Notes under the pieces: generated by a model | Told to the model about the DNA's origin: nothing | The model's input: only the letters and a program-made list of their open reading frames with translations | Databases searched by the model: none | Assembly: GCA_014729085.1 (NCBI GenBank) | Contig: WJKM01000006.1 | Span: 16,152 to 80,151, forward strand | Source of the DNA: Candidatus Dojkabacteria bacterium | GTDB lineage: Bacteria; Patescibacteriota; Dojkabacteria; B142; WJKM01 | Length of the DNA stretch: 64,000 nt | Reading direction: 5' to 3' | In this document: piece by piece, positions 10,315-21,420 of the stretch | How positions within the stretch are numbered: position 1 is the first letter of the stretch | Layout: each line of letters starts with the position of its first letter | Translations under genes and position numbers: made by a program

Positions 10315-12750
10315 ATGTACCAGGAAAAAAAATCAGAAAACGACGATAAAAAAAAGAAAAAAGGGGAAGGAAGGGAGCCAAGTTTGCAGGGTTTGGAATC
10401 AGGTTCCAATCTTATCGATAAGATGAGTAAAAAGGCCAGAGATAAACAAGTGAAGGTGTTTGCATTTTCATTTAACCCCTTATTCATAATTATTGCTTCA
10501 ATAATTGGAGGGCTTCTATTGTTTGGACTTCTTCGATTTCAGAAGCCTGAAGGCGTAGAAATCACGGTAAGGGAATTTGTACAAAATATGAAAGAGAATA
10601 AATATTCTGAAGTGGTCATTCAGGATAACGGTGAGGCGATAGGTGCTGCAAAATATTTGGAAATAGTGTCGTTTGATGAAGAAAACGATGACATATCCGG
10701 CCTAAAAGATTTAAAGGAATTTGATACTGACGTAGTAAAACCGGAAGGCAGTGAAGGGATAAACGAAGTTGAGATGTCAGAGTTTGTCGAAGCATTGGAA
10801 TTACCAAGTCTTGAAACTGCATTCAAGTCAATCTTAAGAAGAGAGGGGATAGATTTGGTTGAAGAAGTAGTTTTAGGGGAGGATTTTGTGATAGGTAAGT
10901 TGGTTAGAAAAGATGGGACAGATCTTATTGTAAAAGGTATTACGCAAGAAGATTTTGAAGATGAGTTGGCGATTCAAGGAAAGTCTTTAAAAGAATTGAC
11001 TGTTGATTTTGTTGAATTAAAGTCTGCTGCCAAGGAAAATAAATTCAGCAACTTTATTAAAGAATATGAAAACGGAAAGTACTCGGATGTTTGGATACTT
11101 GAAGATAAGATCATCGCTCAAATTCACGAAGACGAAGTAGCAAAACACATAGTTGATACAGCTTCTCTAAACACTGACTTCCCAAGGTTTTTACAAGAAG
11201 AAGGTGTTGATTTTGATAAAGGTAATGTGGAAATACTTTCAGAATCCATCCCTACAATTGATTTTGGGTTAATACTGCAAATATTATCGATGCTCTTTAT
11301 TGGGTTCTTAGTATTTAGCATTTTAAGAGGAATTAATGGATCGGGCAAGAGTTTAATGCAGTTTGGTAAATCAAAGGCTAAGATGTTTTTTGGTAAGAAA
11401 CCAGAGGTTACATTTGAAGATGTGGCAGGAATAGATGCTGCTAAAGAGGAGCTCAATGAAATTGTTTTATTCTTACGAGATCCCAAACGATTTCTAAGGT
11501 TGGGTGCCAGAATTCCGAAAGGATTAATTATGGTCGGACCTCCTGGGACTGGTAAGACTCTACTTGCAAGAGCCATTGCAGGTGAAGCACAAGTTCCGTT
11601 CTTCCATACAAGTGGTTCTGAGTTCGAAGAAATGCTGGTTGGAGCTGGTGCAAGCAGGGTACGTGATCTTTTCTCAAAAGCTAAGAAGGCAGCACCTTCA
11701 CTTGTTTTTATAGACGAAATAGATGCTGTTGCAAGAAAGCGAGGCACTACAATTCAATCAAGTTCAACAGAGCAGACATTAAATCAAATCTTGGTTGAAA
11801 TGGATGGATTTGAGAAAAATACAAATGTCATTGTGATTGCCGCAACAAATAGACCGGATGTTCTCGATCCTGCTATTTTGAGGCCAGGTAGATTTGATAG
11901 AAGAATAGTAATTGATCTGCCCGATATTAAGGGAAGGGAGGAAATTCTGGAAATTCATTCACGTAATAAGCCACTTGCCGATGATCTCGATCTGAATAAA
12001 GTTGCAAGACGAACTGTTGGATATTCCGGAGCCGATCTAGAGAACATGCTTAACGAGGCAGCAATAATTGTCGCTAAAGAAGGAAGAGATGAGATTACCT
12101 TTGATGACATAGAAGAGGCTGCAAGCCGAATAGTTATGGGAAGAGAACGGAAACTTCAGAGGACTGATGCTGAAGTTAAAAGGACTGCATACCACGAGGC
12201 AGGACATGCTATCGTTGCCAAATTAACCCCTGAATCAGATCCAGTTCACCGTATTACAATCGTATCTCGGGGAATGGCACTTGGTACCACAATGCAGCTT
12301 CCGGAAAGAGATAAGTATTCCCAGTCTTACCAAGAGATGGAATCTAAGTTAAGGGTTTTAATGGGGGGAAGAGCAGCTGAACAGATCATTTTTGGAACAA
12401 ATAAAATAACAAGCGGAGCAGCTAAGGATATCCAGGAAGCGACTAAAATTGCAAGAAAAATGATTAAACAATTCGGATATAGTAAGAAACTTGGACTTGT
12501 GAAATATGGCGAATCTAATGAACTGCAGTATCTGGGTTATGGTTATGGTGATATGAGAGATTTTTCAGATACTACTGCGAGATTAATCGATGAAGAGGTG
12601 AAAAGAGTAATAGATGAGGCATACCAAGATTCTGTTAAAATTTTGACTGAAAATAAAGAAATACTTGAAAAGGTTTCTGCTGATCTTGTGGAAAAAGAAG
12701 TCATTGAAGGAGAGGATTTCGAGGAGTATTTTGAAAAGAAGAGCGAATAA
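10315..12750 (+). CDS. ftsH: ATP-dependent zinc metalloprotease FtsH with enlarged N-terminal extracytoplasmic domain (alternative start ATG 10423)
   Basis: Walker A GPPGTGKT, Walker [14 protein letters not shown] region [20 protein letters not shown], Zn-binding HEAGHAIV. Two TM segments flanking a ~250 aa insertion. Confidence 0.95.
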   Translation: MYQEKKSENDDKKKKKGEGREPSLQGLESGSNLIDKMSKKARDKQVKVFAFSFNPLFIIIASIIGGLLLFGLLRFQKPEGVEITVREFVQNMKENKYSEVVIQDNGEAIGAAKYLEIVSFDEENDDISGLKDLKEFDTDVVKPEGSEGINEVEMSEFVEALELPSLETAFKSILRREGIDLVEEVVLGEDFVIGKLVRKDGTDLIVKGITQEDFEDELAIQGKSLKELTVDFVELKSAAKENKFSNFIKEYENGKYSDVWILEDKIIAQIHEDEVAKHIVDTASLNTDFPRFLQEEGVDFDKGNVEILSESIPTIDFGLILQILSMLFIGFLVFSILRGINGSGKSLMQFGKSKAKMFFGKKPEVTFEDVAGIDAAKEELNEIVLFLRDPKRFLRLGARIPKGLIMVGPPGTGKTLLARAIAGEAQVPFFHTSGSEFEEMLVGAGASRVRDLFSKAKKAAPSLVFIDEIDAVARKRGTTIQSSSTEQTLNQILVEMDGFEKNTNVIVIAATNRPDVLDPAILRPGRFDRRIVIDLPDIKGREEILEIHSRNKPLADDLDLNKVARRTVGYSGADLENMLNEAAIIVAKEGRDEITFDDIEEAASRIVMGRERKLQRTDAEVKRTAYHEAGHAIVAKLTPESDPVHRITIVSRGMALGTTMQLPERDKYSQSYQEMESKLRVLMGGRAAEQIIFGTNKITSGAAKDIQEATKIARKMIKQFGYSKKLGLVKYGESNELQYLGYGYGDMRDFSDTTARLIDEEVKRVIDEAYQDSVKILTENKEILEKVSADLVEKEVIEGEDFEEYFEKKSE

Positions 12751-12770
12751 AAGTAAGATTATTATTTTTA

Positions 12771-12799
12771 AGCTGATGCAGGTGCATCAGCTTTTTTTC
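12771..12799 (+). terminator. Intrinsic terminator after ftsH
   Basis: AGCTGATGCA-gg-TGCATCAGCT stem followed by TTTTTTT. Confidence 0.8.
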
Positions 12800-13011
12800 A
12801 TCCATCTTGAATTTACCTCTAAGGATATATATGGTTTATATCTGCTATTGTAATATATTCCCCTACTACACTTTTTAGATCGGCTTATTTGACAAGTGAT
12901 TTTTTTCTGTTTATATTGAGATGTAAACATGTTTTGCATGTTTTATTATGTCATAAATTAGGAATAAATTTATTTCTAACTTATTTATTTTATATCTTTA
13001 TATTTTCTAAG

Positions 13012-16000
13012 ATGCCAGAATCAGCACAAAAAAACACTAAAAAAATACTGCCCATACTAATAGGAATATTTTTTCTATTGGCAGTCGTTGTTTTAGGAGT
13101 ATTTCTTATGCAATCTCCAAAAGCAACTGTAGAAAGTCTGATGGTTACGAATATTGCAGATACCTCAGCGACAGTTGTTTGGACTACACAAGAACCCACC
13201 AAAGGTGTGGTTTATGTTTCCGATACAAATGAGTGGGGTAGTTTGGCTACAAAATCAAAGGACAAGTATTGGGATACTCGAGATATTGAAGTAACAGACG
13301 AAGGAGAAACGGTACTTAAGGAGGAAGGCGTAGGTAAGTATTATACCCACCATGTTACAGTAACAGGACTTGAACCTGAAAAAGAATATTTTATAAGAAC
13401 TGGAGATGGTGGAATGAACACTTACGAGTTGGCAGAGGGAGAGACATGGCCGACAGTTAAAACAGGACCAACGTTAGAGATGCCAGTTGTTCCAAATACA
13501 GTTTATGGGAAAGTGGTAGATGAAGGAGGGAATCCGGTTACAGATGCCGTAGTGACGATTCAGTTGCAAAATGATGTAGGGATGCCTAATAGTACTGCAG
13601 GAAGTACTGTGCTTGCTGAAAACGGAACTTATACTCTAGAAATTTCTAACTTAAGAAACATAGAACTAAATAAGGTTTTTCTTGAGGGAGATATTACTCA
13701 TGAGAAAATTGAGGTTATAAGCCCTAAATATGCTCCAAAATCTCATGTTGTGCCTCCAAATCTAGATCAACCTGTAAATGATATCGAAGTGAAAGTAGAG
13801 ACTGTTAATACAGGGGCGAATGCACTTCAGTCAGGTTTTGTATTACCCGTACGAGCTGACGAGTGTAGTAGTCAATCTGATTTTATCGAAAGTTGTAAGA
13901 GAGGGGAACCATCACCAGGGGCATGGAATTGTGAGGGTCAAGACTGGGATGCTTGGAAAAAGGATAATTGTCCTGAAGAAGAACCTGAAGAAACACCAGC
14001 AGCCGGGGATGATGGAGGAACAGATACCGGTGGGGCAGGTGGAGATGATGATTCAGGAACCGGAGGTGGAGGATCAGCTCCTCCGGGTGGCTGTATTAGT
14101 GGTTCAGGTACACCATATAACAATGGAGATTGGGGATGTTCAGACCATGATGCTTGCTGGAGATGTTGTAACGGAAATTGGGAGAGTGACCCAGCAATAA
14201 AACAAAATTGTAGCGGAGGTGGAGGTGACGGAGATGAAGATGGAGGCGTAGTAGGAGATAGAGTACTCGAAGATTGTACAACACCTGCTGGAAATCCTGG
14301 AAAGAGAGATCCAGCAACAGGTGTATGTATGGATGAAGGTATCGGATATCAACAAAATGCAACTTATTGTGAAGGAAATAAATTATATAAAGTCATTAAT
14401 GGAGTAGTACAATATCAGAAAACATGTAAAGAATGTATTGATCATGGATCTGATAAAGCTGTTGAATGTGTACCTTTAGATACGGGTGAAGGAACAGTGA
14501 CATCAAGTTGTAATGGCAATGATTTACATCAGACTGTTACGACGGCTTCTGAAACGGATACTGTGGTGACACATTGTGCTCAAATGGATCCACCAAGAAC
14601 TTGTGAGGAGACATCTTCAGGAGTTCATGAATGCGTTGAAGGTGATGTTCTTCCTGAAGGTGCATGTACTGAAATAAGCCCTTGTGGTTATACAATTTCA
14701 GGATTCACTGAAGGCCAGTCCACAAGCTTCCTTTGTACAATGGCAGGTGATCCAAATGAGGGTCATTTGTTAACTTATGAATGTCAAACTGCAGGAAGTG
14801 ATCCTGTTCAAATAGGTAATGATCCAGAAGCTAATGTAAGTGAAGTTCAGGAAGATGCTAGTGGTCAATATGTGGAAGTACAGAGGGGATCAGAGGTAGT
14901 AAAAGTTTATGTCGGGGCAGTTTCATCGGGGAATGGATGCCCTGCTTCTGGAACATATAACTGTAGTGTTTACAAGCCGCCATCAAAAGATTCTATAGTT
15001 ACTGCTGGGGATACATTCTCATTTGGAGCACGTACTACAAATGGAAGATCTCAAGCAACGTGCTCTGGAGTCTTAGATGGGGAAAGTTTCTCATGGACTG
15101 TTAAGGCAATGTGCTTAGATGGTATTTGGGAGAATCCTGTAGCGGAAGATGTAACTAGTGGGATAGATACATCGGTAAGTTGTCCATCTATTTCAGTAGA
15201 ATCTGTGGAGACTGTATCATACACAATTGCATGTTCATTTAAACCTCCGAGGGATATGAGTGATGGAAGTCAAATAGCTGTAGTTAGTGGACGGAATTTG
15301 AGTTGTGACCCTTCGGATCCCTCCGACGAAGCGCTAAATACCACAATGTGGACTTGCTCGGGTGGTGCTAGTGGATGTTTGATGACTGATACCGTTAATG
15401 TTGTATTCGATGGTGAAAAAGTCGAGGTACCAGCTACATGTACTTATTCATTGACTACAGCAGGTAGTAATGGAACAATTACCTGTAATCCAGATACGGT
15501 AGATTTACATGGATCTTCCTATAGATGCGTTGGGTTAGATACAAATTGTACTCCAAGTGGTGGAAATGATTGTTTCATTAGAGAGGAGGGTGCATCAGGA
15601 ATGGATAAAGAAATCAGACTAAATAATAGTCTTTTCAATAAGGTTTATGCTCAAGATCCTGCGGCATCTGGTTTCCAGGGGCCTGGGGTATATAAGATAA
15701 ACCTTCAAGGCTTTGAGATAACTACAGAGACTGTAAAGATTGTTGAAGTGGATGAGAATGGTGATCCTAAAATTCAATTTTTTGAAGATACTAATAAGAA
15801 TGGAATTAAAGACGAAGGCGAAAAAGATATAGATGTATCTTTTGACTTATTATCCATCACGCAAACAGAGTCTGGAGAAGATTTTAGATTGAATATTGGG
15901 TGGAATCTTATTGGACTCCCCTTGCTCCCAACTAATGAGCAAGAGAACAAGGCCAGTGGATTATTAAAATCAATCAATGATCAGGGAATCTATGCTACTC

Positions 16001-16425
16001 AAATTGCCAAATACTATAAAGGCCAGTGGATTATGTATACATATAGAAATGATACTGGAGAAACATTTGGAAGTGACTTTCAATTGGTCCCGGGTGAAGG
16101 ATATTTTATTAGAAGTTATCAAAGAGGAGGCTTCGTATTAACTGGTAATAAATACGACGAAAGTGTTCCTGTTGAATTTATGGGTGGATGGAATTTGATT
16201 TCGGTAATTTCACCTCAAAAGTCTTATACTGCTGAATCCGTATTGGATGCTGTATCTTCAACCGAGATATTAACAGCTGACACAGTAAGTGAGTACAGTG
16301 ACGGTTCTTATTCGTCAGTTGTAAAAAATGGTGGTGTATTGTATGGAAATGACTTTAAGATACTTGAAAAACGAGGATATTTCGTAAAAGTAGAAGAAGG
16401 TCAGACAGGTAAATGGGTACCTTAA
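13012..16425 (+). CDS. Large membrane-anchored cell-surface protein with FN3-like domain, Gly/Asp-rich linker and Cys-rich modules (ORF opens 12889; likely start ATG 13012)
   Basis: N-terminal TM anchor (ILPILIGIFFLLAVVVLGVFL). FN3/purple-acid-phosphatase-N-like block (TNIADTSATVVWTTQEPTKGVVYV...YYTHHVTVTGLEPEKEYFIRTGDGG). GDDGGTDTGGAGGDDDSGTGGGG linker. Many Cys in the middle. No catalytic motif recognised. Confidence 0.7.
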   Translation: MPESAQKNTKKILPILIGIFFLLAVVVLGVFLMQSPKATVESLMVTNIADTSATVVWTTQEPTKGVVYVSDTNEWGSLATKSKDKYWDTRDIEVTDEGETVLKEEGVGKYYTHHVTVTGLEPEKEYFIRTGDGGMNTYELAEGETWPTVKTGPTLEMPVVPNTVYGKVVDEGGNPVTDAVVTIQLQNDVGMPNSTAGSTVLAENGTYTLEISNLRNIELNKVFLEGDITHEKIEVISPKYAPKSHVVPPNLDQPVNDIEVKVETVNTGANALQSGFVLPVRADECSSQSDFIESCKRGEPSPGAWNCEGQDWDAWKKDNCPEEEPEETPAAGDDGGTDTGGAGGDDDSGTGGGGSAPPGGCISGSGTPYNNGDWGCSDHDACWRCCNGNWESDPAIKQNCSGGGGDGDEDGGVVGDRVLEDCTTPAGNPGKRDPATGVCMDEGIGYQQNATYCEGNKLYKVINGVVQYQKTCKECIDHGSDKAVECVPLDTGEGTVTSSCNGNDLHQTVTTASETDTVVTHCAQMDPPRTCEETSSGVHECVEGDVLPEGACTEISPCGYTISGFTEGQSTSFLCTMAGDPNEGHLLTYECQTAGSDPVQIGNDPEANVSEVQEDASGQYVEVQRGSEVVKVYVGAVSSGNGCPASGTYNCSVYKPPSKDSIVTAGDTFSFGARTTNGRSQATCSGVLDGESFSWTVKAMCLDGIWENPVAEDVTSGIDTSVSCPSISVESVETVSYTIACSFKPPRDMSDGSQIAVVSGRNLSCDPSDPSDEALNTTMWTCSGGASGCLMTDTVNVVFDGEKVEVPATCTYSLTTAGSNGTITCNPDTVDLHGSSYRCVGLDTNCTPSGGNDCFIREEGASGMDKEIRLNNSLFNKVYAQDPAASGFQGPGVYKINLQGFEITTETVKIVEVDENGDPKIQFFEDTNKNGIKDEGEKDIDVSFDLLSITQTESGEDFRLNIGWNLIGLPLLPTNEQENKASGLLKSINDQGIYATQIAKYYKGQWIMYTYRNDTGETFGSDFQLVPGEGYFIRSYQRGGFVLTGNKYDESVPVEFMGGWNLISVISPQKSYTAESVLDAVSSTEILTADTVSEYSDGSYSSVVKNGGVLYGNDFKILEKRGYFVKVEEGQTGKWVP

Positions 16426-16451
16426 GGTGAGTAAATAGTTTAGATTTAAAA

Positions 16452-16480
16452 AAGCATCTCGAAAGAGATGCTTTTTTTTT
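16452..16480 (+). terminator. Intrinsic terminator after surface protein gene
   Basis: AAGCATCTC-gaaa-GAGATGCTT stem followed by T9. Confidence 0.8.
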
Positions 16481-16732
16481 GCTTCATTCAGATCGAAGCA
16501 TTGAACAAACTTAAAGGTGTGGAAAATTGAGTCGGTTGATTTTGTAGTTCAGCTCTCTGATTTGTGACAAATTATTTCGGCAATAGGAAGATTCAATCTA
16601 CCGAATTTTTAGTTCAGTATTCTGCCAGGAACTCAAAAGGAATTAATATTACATATACCTTTATAACAATTTTCTACTCTGAAGGAATAATAGATGTTAA
16701 AATTAAGTCATTTCTAATAAACTTAAATAAAA

Positions 16733-19633
16733 ATGACAAAAAAAGACAATAACAAATTTCTCCTAATTGATGCACATGCAATAATACACAGAGCTTATCA
16801 CGCCTTTCCTCCAACTATCTCCACAAGAGACGGTAAACAAGTAAACGCTGTATACGGATTTACAAGTATTTTACTGGGAGTACTCAGAAAGTTTGATCCT
16901 GAATATGTAGTATGTGCATTTGATTCTAAGGGGCCTACAGTTCGTCATGATAAGTATGAGGAGTATAAAGCAACACGAAAAAAGCCGGATGATGAGATGT
17001 TAGAACAAATCCCCATCATTCATAAAGTAGTAAAAGCATTTAATATTCCAATTTTTATCAAAGAAGGTTTTGAGGCAGATGATATATTGGGAACTTTGGT
17101 GAATTTAGAAGAGGCTGAGAATTTACACAAAATAATTGTTACCGGCGATCAGGATATTTTTCAGCTTGTCAATAATGGGACTAAAGTTTTTTTAAGTGGT
17201 ACTAAGTTTTCGAAATCGAAATTATATGGATGGAATGAGGTAAAAGAAAAATTTGGTTTTGGGCCGGATTATATTTTAGATTATAAGGCCTTGAAAGGAG
17301 ACCCTTCGGATAATATTCCTGGCATAAAAGGAATAGGAGATGTTACTGCGAAAAAATTGATTTCCAACTTTGGTCATTTAGAAGAGATATATCAAAATAT
17401 TGATGATGTTTCTTCAAAATCAGTCAAAAATAAATTAATGAAAGATAAAGAAATATCTTTTCTAAGTAAGGATTTGGCAACTATTATTGAAGATGTACCT
17501 CTGAAGTTTAATTTGGAGGATGCAAAGTTGAAAAATTTTAATCCGGAAGGAATCAAGAGAATTTTTGTAGAACTTGAATTCAAATCGCTCATGAATAAAA
17601 TCCCCTCTTCCAAGAATCAATTAAAAATAGAGGGAAAAGAGGATAAACCAACTGATAATCGGATACAACCTACCTTAATTCAGATGGATTCGTCAAAAAA
17701 TAAAAAAGAGGAGACAGGAGGAGACAATTCAAAACTGAAATATGAAATCTTAAACAGCGAATCCAAGATAAATGTTTTTATGGCAAAACTTGCCAAACAT
17801 ACAGTTTTTGCATTTGATACAGAAACAACGGGACTAGATTTTATGAATACCGAACTTTTAGGAATATCATTTAGCTGGGAAGCGGGGCAGGCATACTATA
17901 TAGACTTTAAAACTGCTGGAGATCTTAACAAAAAGGTTGTTGCAGAACTGAGAACAATTTTTGAGGATCCGGAAGTTAAAAAAATAGGTCATAATTTAAA
18001 GTATGATGCACATGTTATTAGAAATAAAACTATAAAAGGACAAAATTTAGGCTTTAAACTTCAAAATTATTATTTTGATACATTAGTTGCTGCTTATATT
18101 CTTTCTGGAGGCAGAAGGAACTTGGGTTTAAAAACACTTGCATTCGCAGAACTTGGTATGCAGCTTGCAAACCTACAAGATGTTTGGAAAAGTATTTCAG
18201 GATTTAAGAAAAAAAAGAATTACTCAGAAGAAGAAGTACGTGGATACATGCTTGAGTCGGACCCTGCATTGTTAGGCCAGTATGCCTGTGCAGATGCAGA
18301 TGCGACTTGGCAACTTTATGAAAAACAATTTGAAAGATTTGAGTCCAAATTAACTAGTTTAAAGAAAGATACCAACTTAAAGGAACTTTTCTTTGATATC
18401 GAAATGCCTTTGGTGGAAATTTTATTAGAAATGGAAAGAGAAGGGATAGATTTGGATCAAGAGTATTTGAAAAAGTACGGTAAAAGTTTAGATAAAAAAA
18501 TTCGGGAAGTTGAAGACAAAATATTCAATCGGGTAGGTCAAAAATTTAACCTTGCTTCTCCAAAACAACTAGGGGAGATTTTATTCGATGTTTTAAAGCT
18601 TGAAGGTGGTAAGAAGACTAAAACCGGTGCTTGGCAGACGAATGAAAGAGTGTTATTAGATCTAAAAGATAAAAGTGATATTATTCCAGATATACTGGAT
18701 CATAGGGAATACTCTAAACTACGTTCGACTTACATTAATTCTTTAATAGAAGAAATAGATCAAAATACCGGCAAAATTCATACAAGTTATAATCAGACCA
18801 TTGCTACAACCGGAAGATTGACTTCTTCAAATCCAAATTTACAAAATATACCTGTTTCAAGCGATCTGGGGATGAAGATACGTAAAGCTTTTATTGCAGG
18901 CAGAGGTAAGAGGCTAGTATCTTTTGATATTTCTCAGCAGGAACTTAGAATTTTAGCTCACATGTCTGAAGAAAAGAGGTTAATAGATGCATTTAATAAT
19001 GGTGTGGATGTCCATGCTTTAACCGCTAGCAATATTTTTGATGTCGATATCGAGGAAGTCACAAAAGAACAAAGAGATAGAGGGAAGACCTTGAATTTTA
19101 GTTTGATGTACGGCATCACTGAATTTGGTTTGGCGAATAGATTGAAGATTGAAAGGGAAGAGGCAAGAAGTTTAATAGACAATTATTTCATGATTTATCC
19201 AAGAGTCAAGATATTTTTTGAAAAGCTTCTACGTACTGCGGAAAAAGAGGGAGTTGTTGAGACTATGTTTGGGAGATTCAGAGATGCAAAAGGTTTAAGC
19301 CATTCAAATGGAAGAATAAGATCAGCTACACGTCGCGAGGTAATAAATTTCCCGATTCAGGGTACTGCAGCAGATATGATTAAAATCTCGATGAAAAATT
19401 GTTTTGATTTTATTAATAAAGATACAAATGCACAGAGACTGAAATCTAAAATGCTCCTTCAGGTACATGATGAATTGATATTTAGAATAGATTACAAAAG
19501 AGGCAAGAAATACCAGAAATTAATAGACAAATTTAAAGACGACATAAAAGAAATAATGGAAAATGCTGTTGAATTGAAAGTACCGGTTGCAGTTAGTATT
19601 AATATGGGTACTAATTGGGCTAAATTAAAGTGA
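16733..19633 (+). CDS. polA: DNA polymerase I (5'-3' exonuclease, 3'-5' exonuclease-like and polymerase domains)
   Basis: 966 aa. N-terminal 5' nuclease (LLIDAHAIIHRAYHAF, ILDYKALKGDPSDNIPGIKGIGDVTA), FDTETTGLD exo motif, family A polymerase motifs (DISQQELRILAH, KTLNFSLMYG, QVHDELIF). Confidence 0.95.
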   Translation: MTKKDNNKFLLIDAHAIIHRAYHAFPPTISTRDGKQVNAVYGFTSILLGVLRKFDPEYVVCAFDSKGPTVRHDKYEEYKATRKKPDDEMLEQIPIIHKVVKAFNIPIFIKEGFEADDILGTLVNLEEAENLHKIIVTGDQDIFQLVNNGTKVFLSGTKFSKSKLYGWNEVKEKFGFGPDYILDYKALKGDPSDNIPGIKGIGDVTAKKLISNFGHLEEIYQNIDDVSSKSVKNKLMKDKEISFLSKDLATIIEDVPLKFNLEDAKLKNFNPEGIKRIFVELEFKSLMNKIPSSKNQLKIEGKEDKPTDNRIQPTLIQMDSSKNKKEETGGDNSKLKYEILNSESKINVFMAKLAKHTVFAFDTETTGLDFMNTELLGISFSWEAGQAYYIDFKTAGDLNKKVVAELRTIFEDPEVKKIGHNLKYDAHVIRNKTIKGQNLGFKLQNYYFDTLVAAYILSGGRRNLGLKTLAFAELGMQLANLQDVWKSISGFKKKKNYSEEEVRGYMLESDPALLGQYACADADATWQLYEKQFERFESKLTSLKKDTNLKELFFDIEMPLVEILLEMEREGIDLDQEYLKKYGKSLDKKIREVEDKIFNRVGQKFNLASPKQLGEILFDVLKLEGGKKTKTGAWQTNERVLLDLKDKSDIIPDILDHREYSKLRSTYINSLIEEIDQNTGKIHTSYNQTIATTGRLTSSNPNLQNIPVSSDLGMKIRKAFIAGRGKRLVSFDISQQELRILAHMSEEKRLIDAFNNGVDVHALTASNIFDVDIEEVTKEQRDRGKTLNFSLMYGITEFGLANRLKIEREEARSLIDNYFMIYPRVKIFFEKLLRTAEKEGVVETMFGRFRDAKGLSHSNGRIRSATRREVINFPIQGTAADMIKISMKNCFDFINKDTNAQRLKSKMLLQVHDELIFRIDYKRGKKYQKLIDKFKDDIKEIMENAVELKVPVAVSINMGTNWAKLK

Positions 19634-19718
19634 TTAATTAAGAAATATATTCAATACTGTTGGTAAGCAGTTTATAATTATATATAATTAAAAGGATAAC
19701 TTATTAAATCTTTTAAAT

Positions 19719-20189
19719 ATGAAATTTCGACATTTTTTATTAACAATTGGTTCTATAGCTCTGCTTTTGAAAATTATGGAAAAATATACCCTTGAAGAGG
19801 TAGAAGAACAGACTAAGGTTACTTTTGAATTTGATTTAGAACCAGTAGAGAAAGGAGAAGAGAAGTATGATGATGAAGAGGATTCAGGCGATAAACTTCT
19901 TGATGCACTTGAGGATATGAACGAAGATGAAAGAGAGAAGGCAATGAGTTTGTTATCTTCGGAGTTGCATCAGGGTGAAGCTGTTGCAGTTGAGAAAAAT
20001 TTAAACAAAAGACAAAAAAAGATATTAAAATTATTTGAAAAGCACGATAAGATTGACACATCACTTCTTTCAAAGAAAATTCCTAAAGTTACAGTAAGAA
20101 CCCTCAGAAGGGATCTGGATAAACTTGCAGAACTACATTTAGTTGAAAAAATTGGGAAAACAAAGGGTGTGCATTATATTAGAATTTAG
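19719..20189 (+). CDS. Acidic small protein with C-terminal winged-HTH paralogous to the C-terminus of the adjacent Fic protein
   Basis: C-terminus KRQKKILKLFEKHDKIDTSLLSKKIPKVTVRTLRRDLDKLAELHLVEKIGKTKGVHYI aligns with Fic C-terminus KRQKKILDFVRKNKEIRRKDYIKLFPDLSDDTVLREIQRLRKLGYIRKVGKTKGTKYV. Confidence 0.5.
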   Translation: MKFRHFLLTIGSIALLLKIMEKYTLEEVEEQTKVTFEFDLEPVEKGEEKYDDEEDSGDKLLDALEDMNEDEREKAMSLLSSELHQGEAVAVEKNLNKRQKKILKLFEKHDKIDTSLLSKKIPKVTVRTLRRDLDKLAELHLVEKIGKTKGVHYIRI

Positions 20190-20279
20190 GTATCTCGAAA
20201 TACTAATAAGAATTCGAATATTAAGGGGTAGAGATTAATTTTTCGTAAACTGTCCGCATTATACTTCATTATACTTTTA

Positions 20280-21302
20280 ATGTATAAGCCTCAATATACT
20301 ATTACAAACAAAATTTTAGAGAATGTGTCTGAGATAGAAGCTGCGAATCAGATTATCTTAAACATTAATCTTTTGAGTGACTGGGAAGAGAAATTGCAAA
20401 AGGTTGCAATAATAAAACGCATAAAGCATGAAGGTGCTTTATCTGGAGTAAAACTCAGTAAGAAGCTTATTAAACAGTTTTTGAACAAAATGGAAAATGA
20501 AGAAGGTAAGATTAGGAACATCCAGGAAATTATTAATTTTAAAAAAGCCAATGAATTCATAAAACAGAATAAAGACAAGGAATTAAAGGAAAATATAATT
20601 CATGAATTGCATCGGATAATAGTGCAGAATATTCTTCCAAAGGAGATAGCCGGTAACTTAAGGCTTGAGGATGCTGAAATTTACGACCTGAAATTTAGAC
20701 AACTTGAGTACGAAACAGTGGATCCTGGACAACTTCCAATTGAGTTAAAGGATTTAATTCGTTGGTATAATAACAGTAAGGTCAACGAGATTTTGAAAGC
20801 GGGGATAGTCCAGTACGAAATAATGAGGATACATCCATATTATGATGCAAATGGAAGGGTAGGAAGAATGTTGTGTACGTGGTGCCTTTATAGCTCGGGA
20901 TATGATGCTAAAGAATTTTACAGTTTAGAGGAACACTACGATAAGGATCTGATTGGATATTATAAAGCTCTATCAACAGCAGATGAGGGCGATTTAACTA
21001 TATGGCTTGAATATTTCACAGAAGGGCTTAAGGAGGAATTTGAAAGACTGAAAAACAAGGTTCTCCAAATCTTTCGAGGAGAGCTTAAACTAGATATTGA
21101 AACAAGATTTCCAAAAAGACAGAAAAAAATATTAGATTTTGTTAGGAAGAATAAGGAAATAAGGCGCAAAGACTATATTAAATTGTTTCCAGATTTAAGT
21201 GATGATACAGTTTTGAGAGAAATTCAAAGATTACGGAAGCTGGGCTATATAAGGAAGGTTGGGAAGACTAAGGGAACAAAATACGTTTTAGATACATATT
21301 AA
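20280..21302 (+). CDS. Fic family protein (AMPylator-type Fic motif) with C-terminal wHTH
   Basis: Canonical Fic motif HPYYDANGRVGRM (HxFx[DE][AG]NGRxxR). C-terminal DNA-binding-like wHTH. Confidence 0.88.
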   Translation: MYKPQYTITNKILENVSEIEAANQIILNINLLSDWEEKLQKVAIIKRIKHEGALSGVKLSKKLIKQFLNKMENEEGKIRNIQEIINFKKANEFIKQNKDKELKENIIHELHRIIVQNILPKEIAGNLRLEDAEIYDLKFRQLEYETVDPGQLPIELKDLIRWYNNSKVNEILKAGIVQYEIMRIHPYYDANGRVGRMLCTWCLYSSGYDAKEFYSLEEHYDKDLIGYYKALSTADEGDLTIWLEYFTEGLKEEFERLKNKVLQIFRGELKLDIETRFPKRQKKILDFVRKNKEIRRKDYIKLFPDLSDDTVLREIQRLRKLGYIRKVGKTKGTKYVLDTY

Positions 21303-21420
21303 CTAAAATAGAAATATCTCTGGAAATATGGGATACTTGTTTTATAAGGTATGCATAAAGCTTCATTTTGCTCTATAATTTATTATGTTTGCATAAATTA
21401 GTTATTAAAAGTATTTACAA

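Noticed and set aside
11124-11747. 207-aa minus-strand ORF
   Set aside because: Antisense shadow of the AAA+ module of ftsH.
12665-12853. 62-aa plus-strand ORF
   Set aside because: Overlaps the 3' end of ftsH and its intrinsic terminator. No independent signals.
13820-14362. ORFs 13820..14200 (+), 13938..14123 (-), 14096..14362 (-), 14140..14355 (-)
   Set aside because: Alternative-frame or antisense shadows inside the Gly/Asp/Cys-rich region of the large surface protein gene.
16564-16752. 62-aa ORF upstream of polA
   Set aside because: AT-rich intergenic sequence translation overlapping the polA start. No support.
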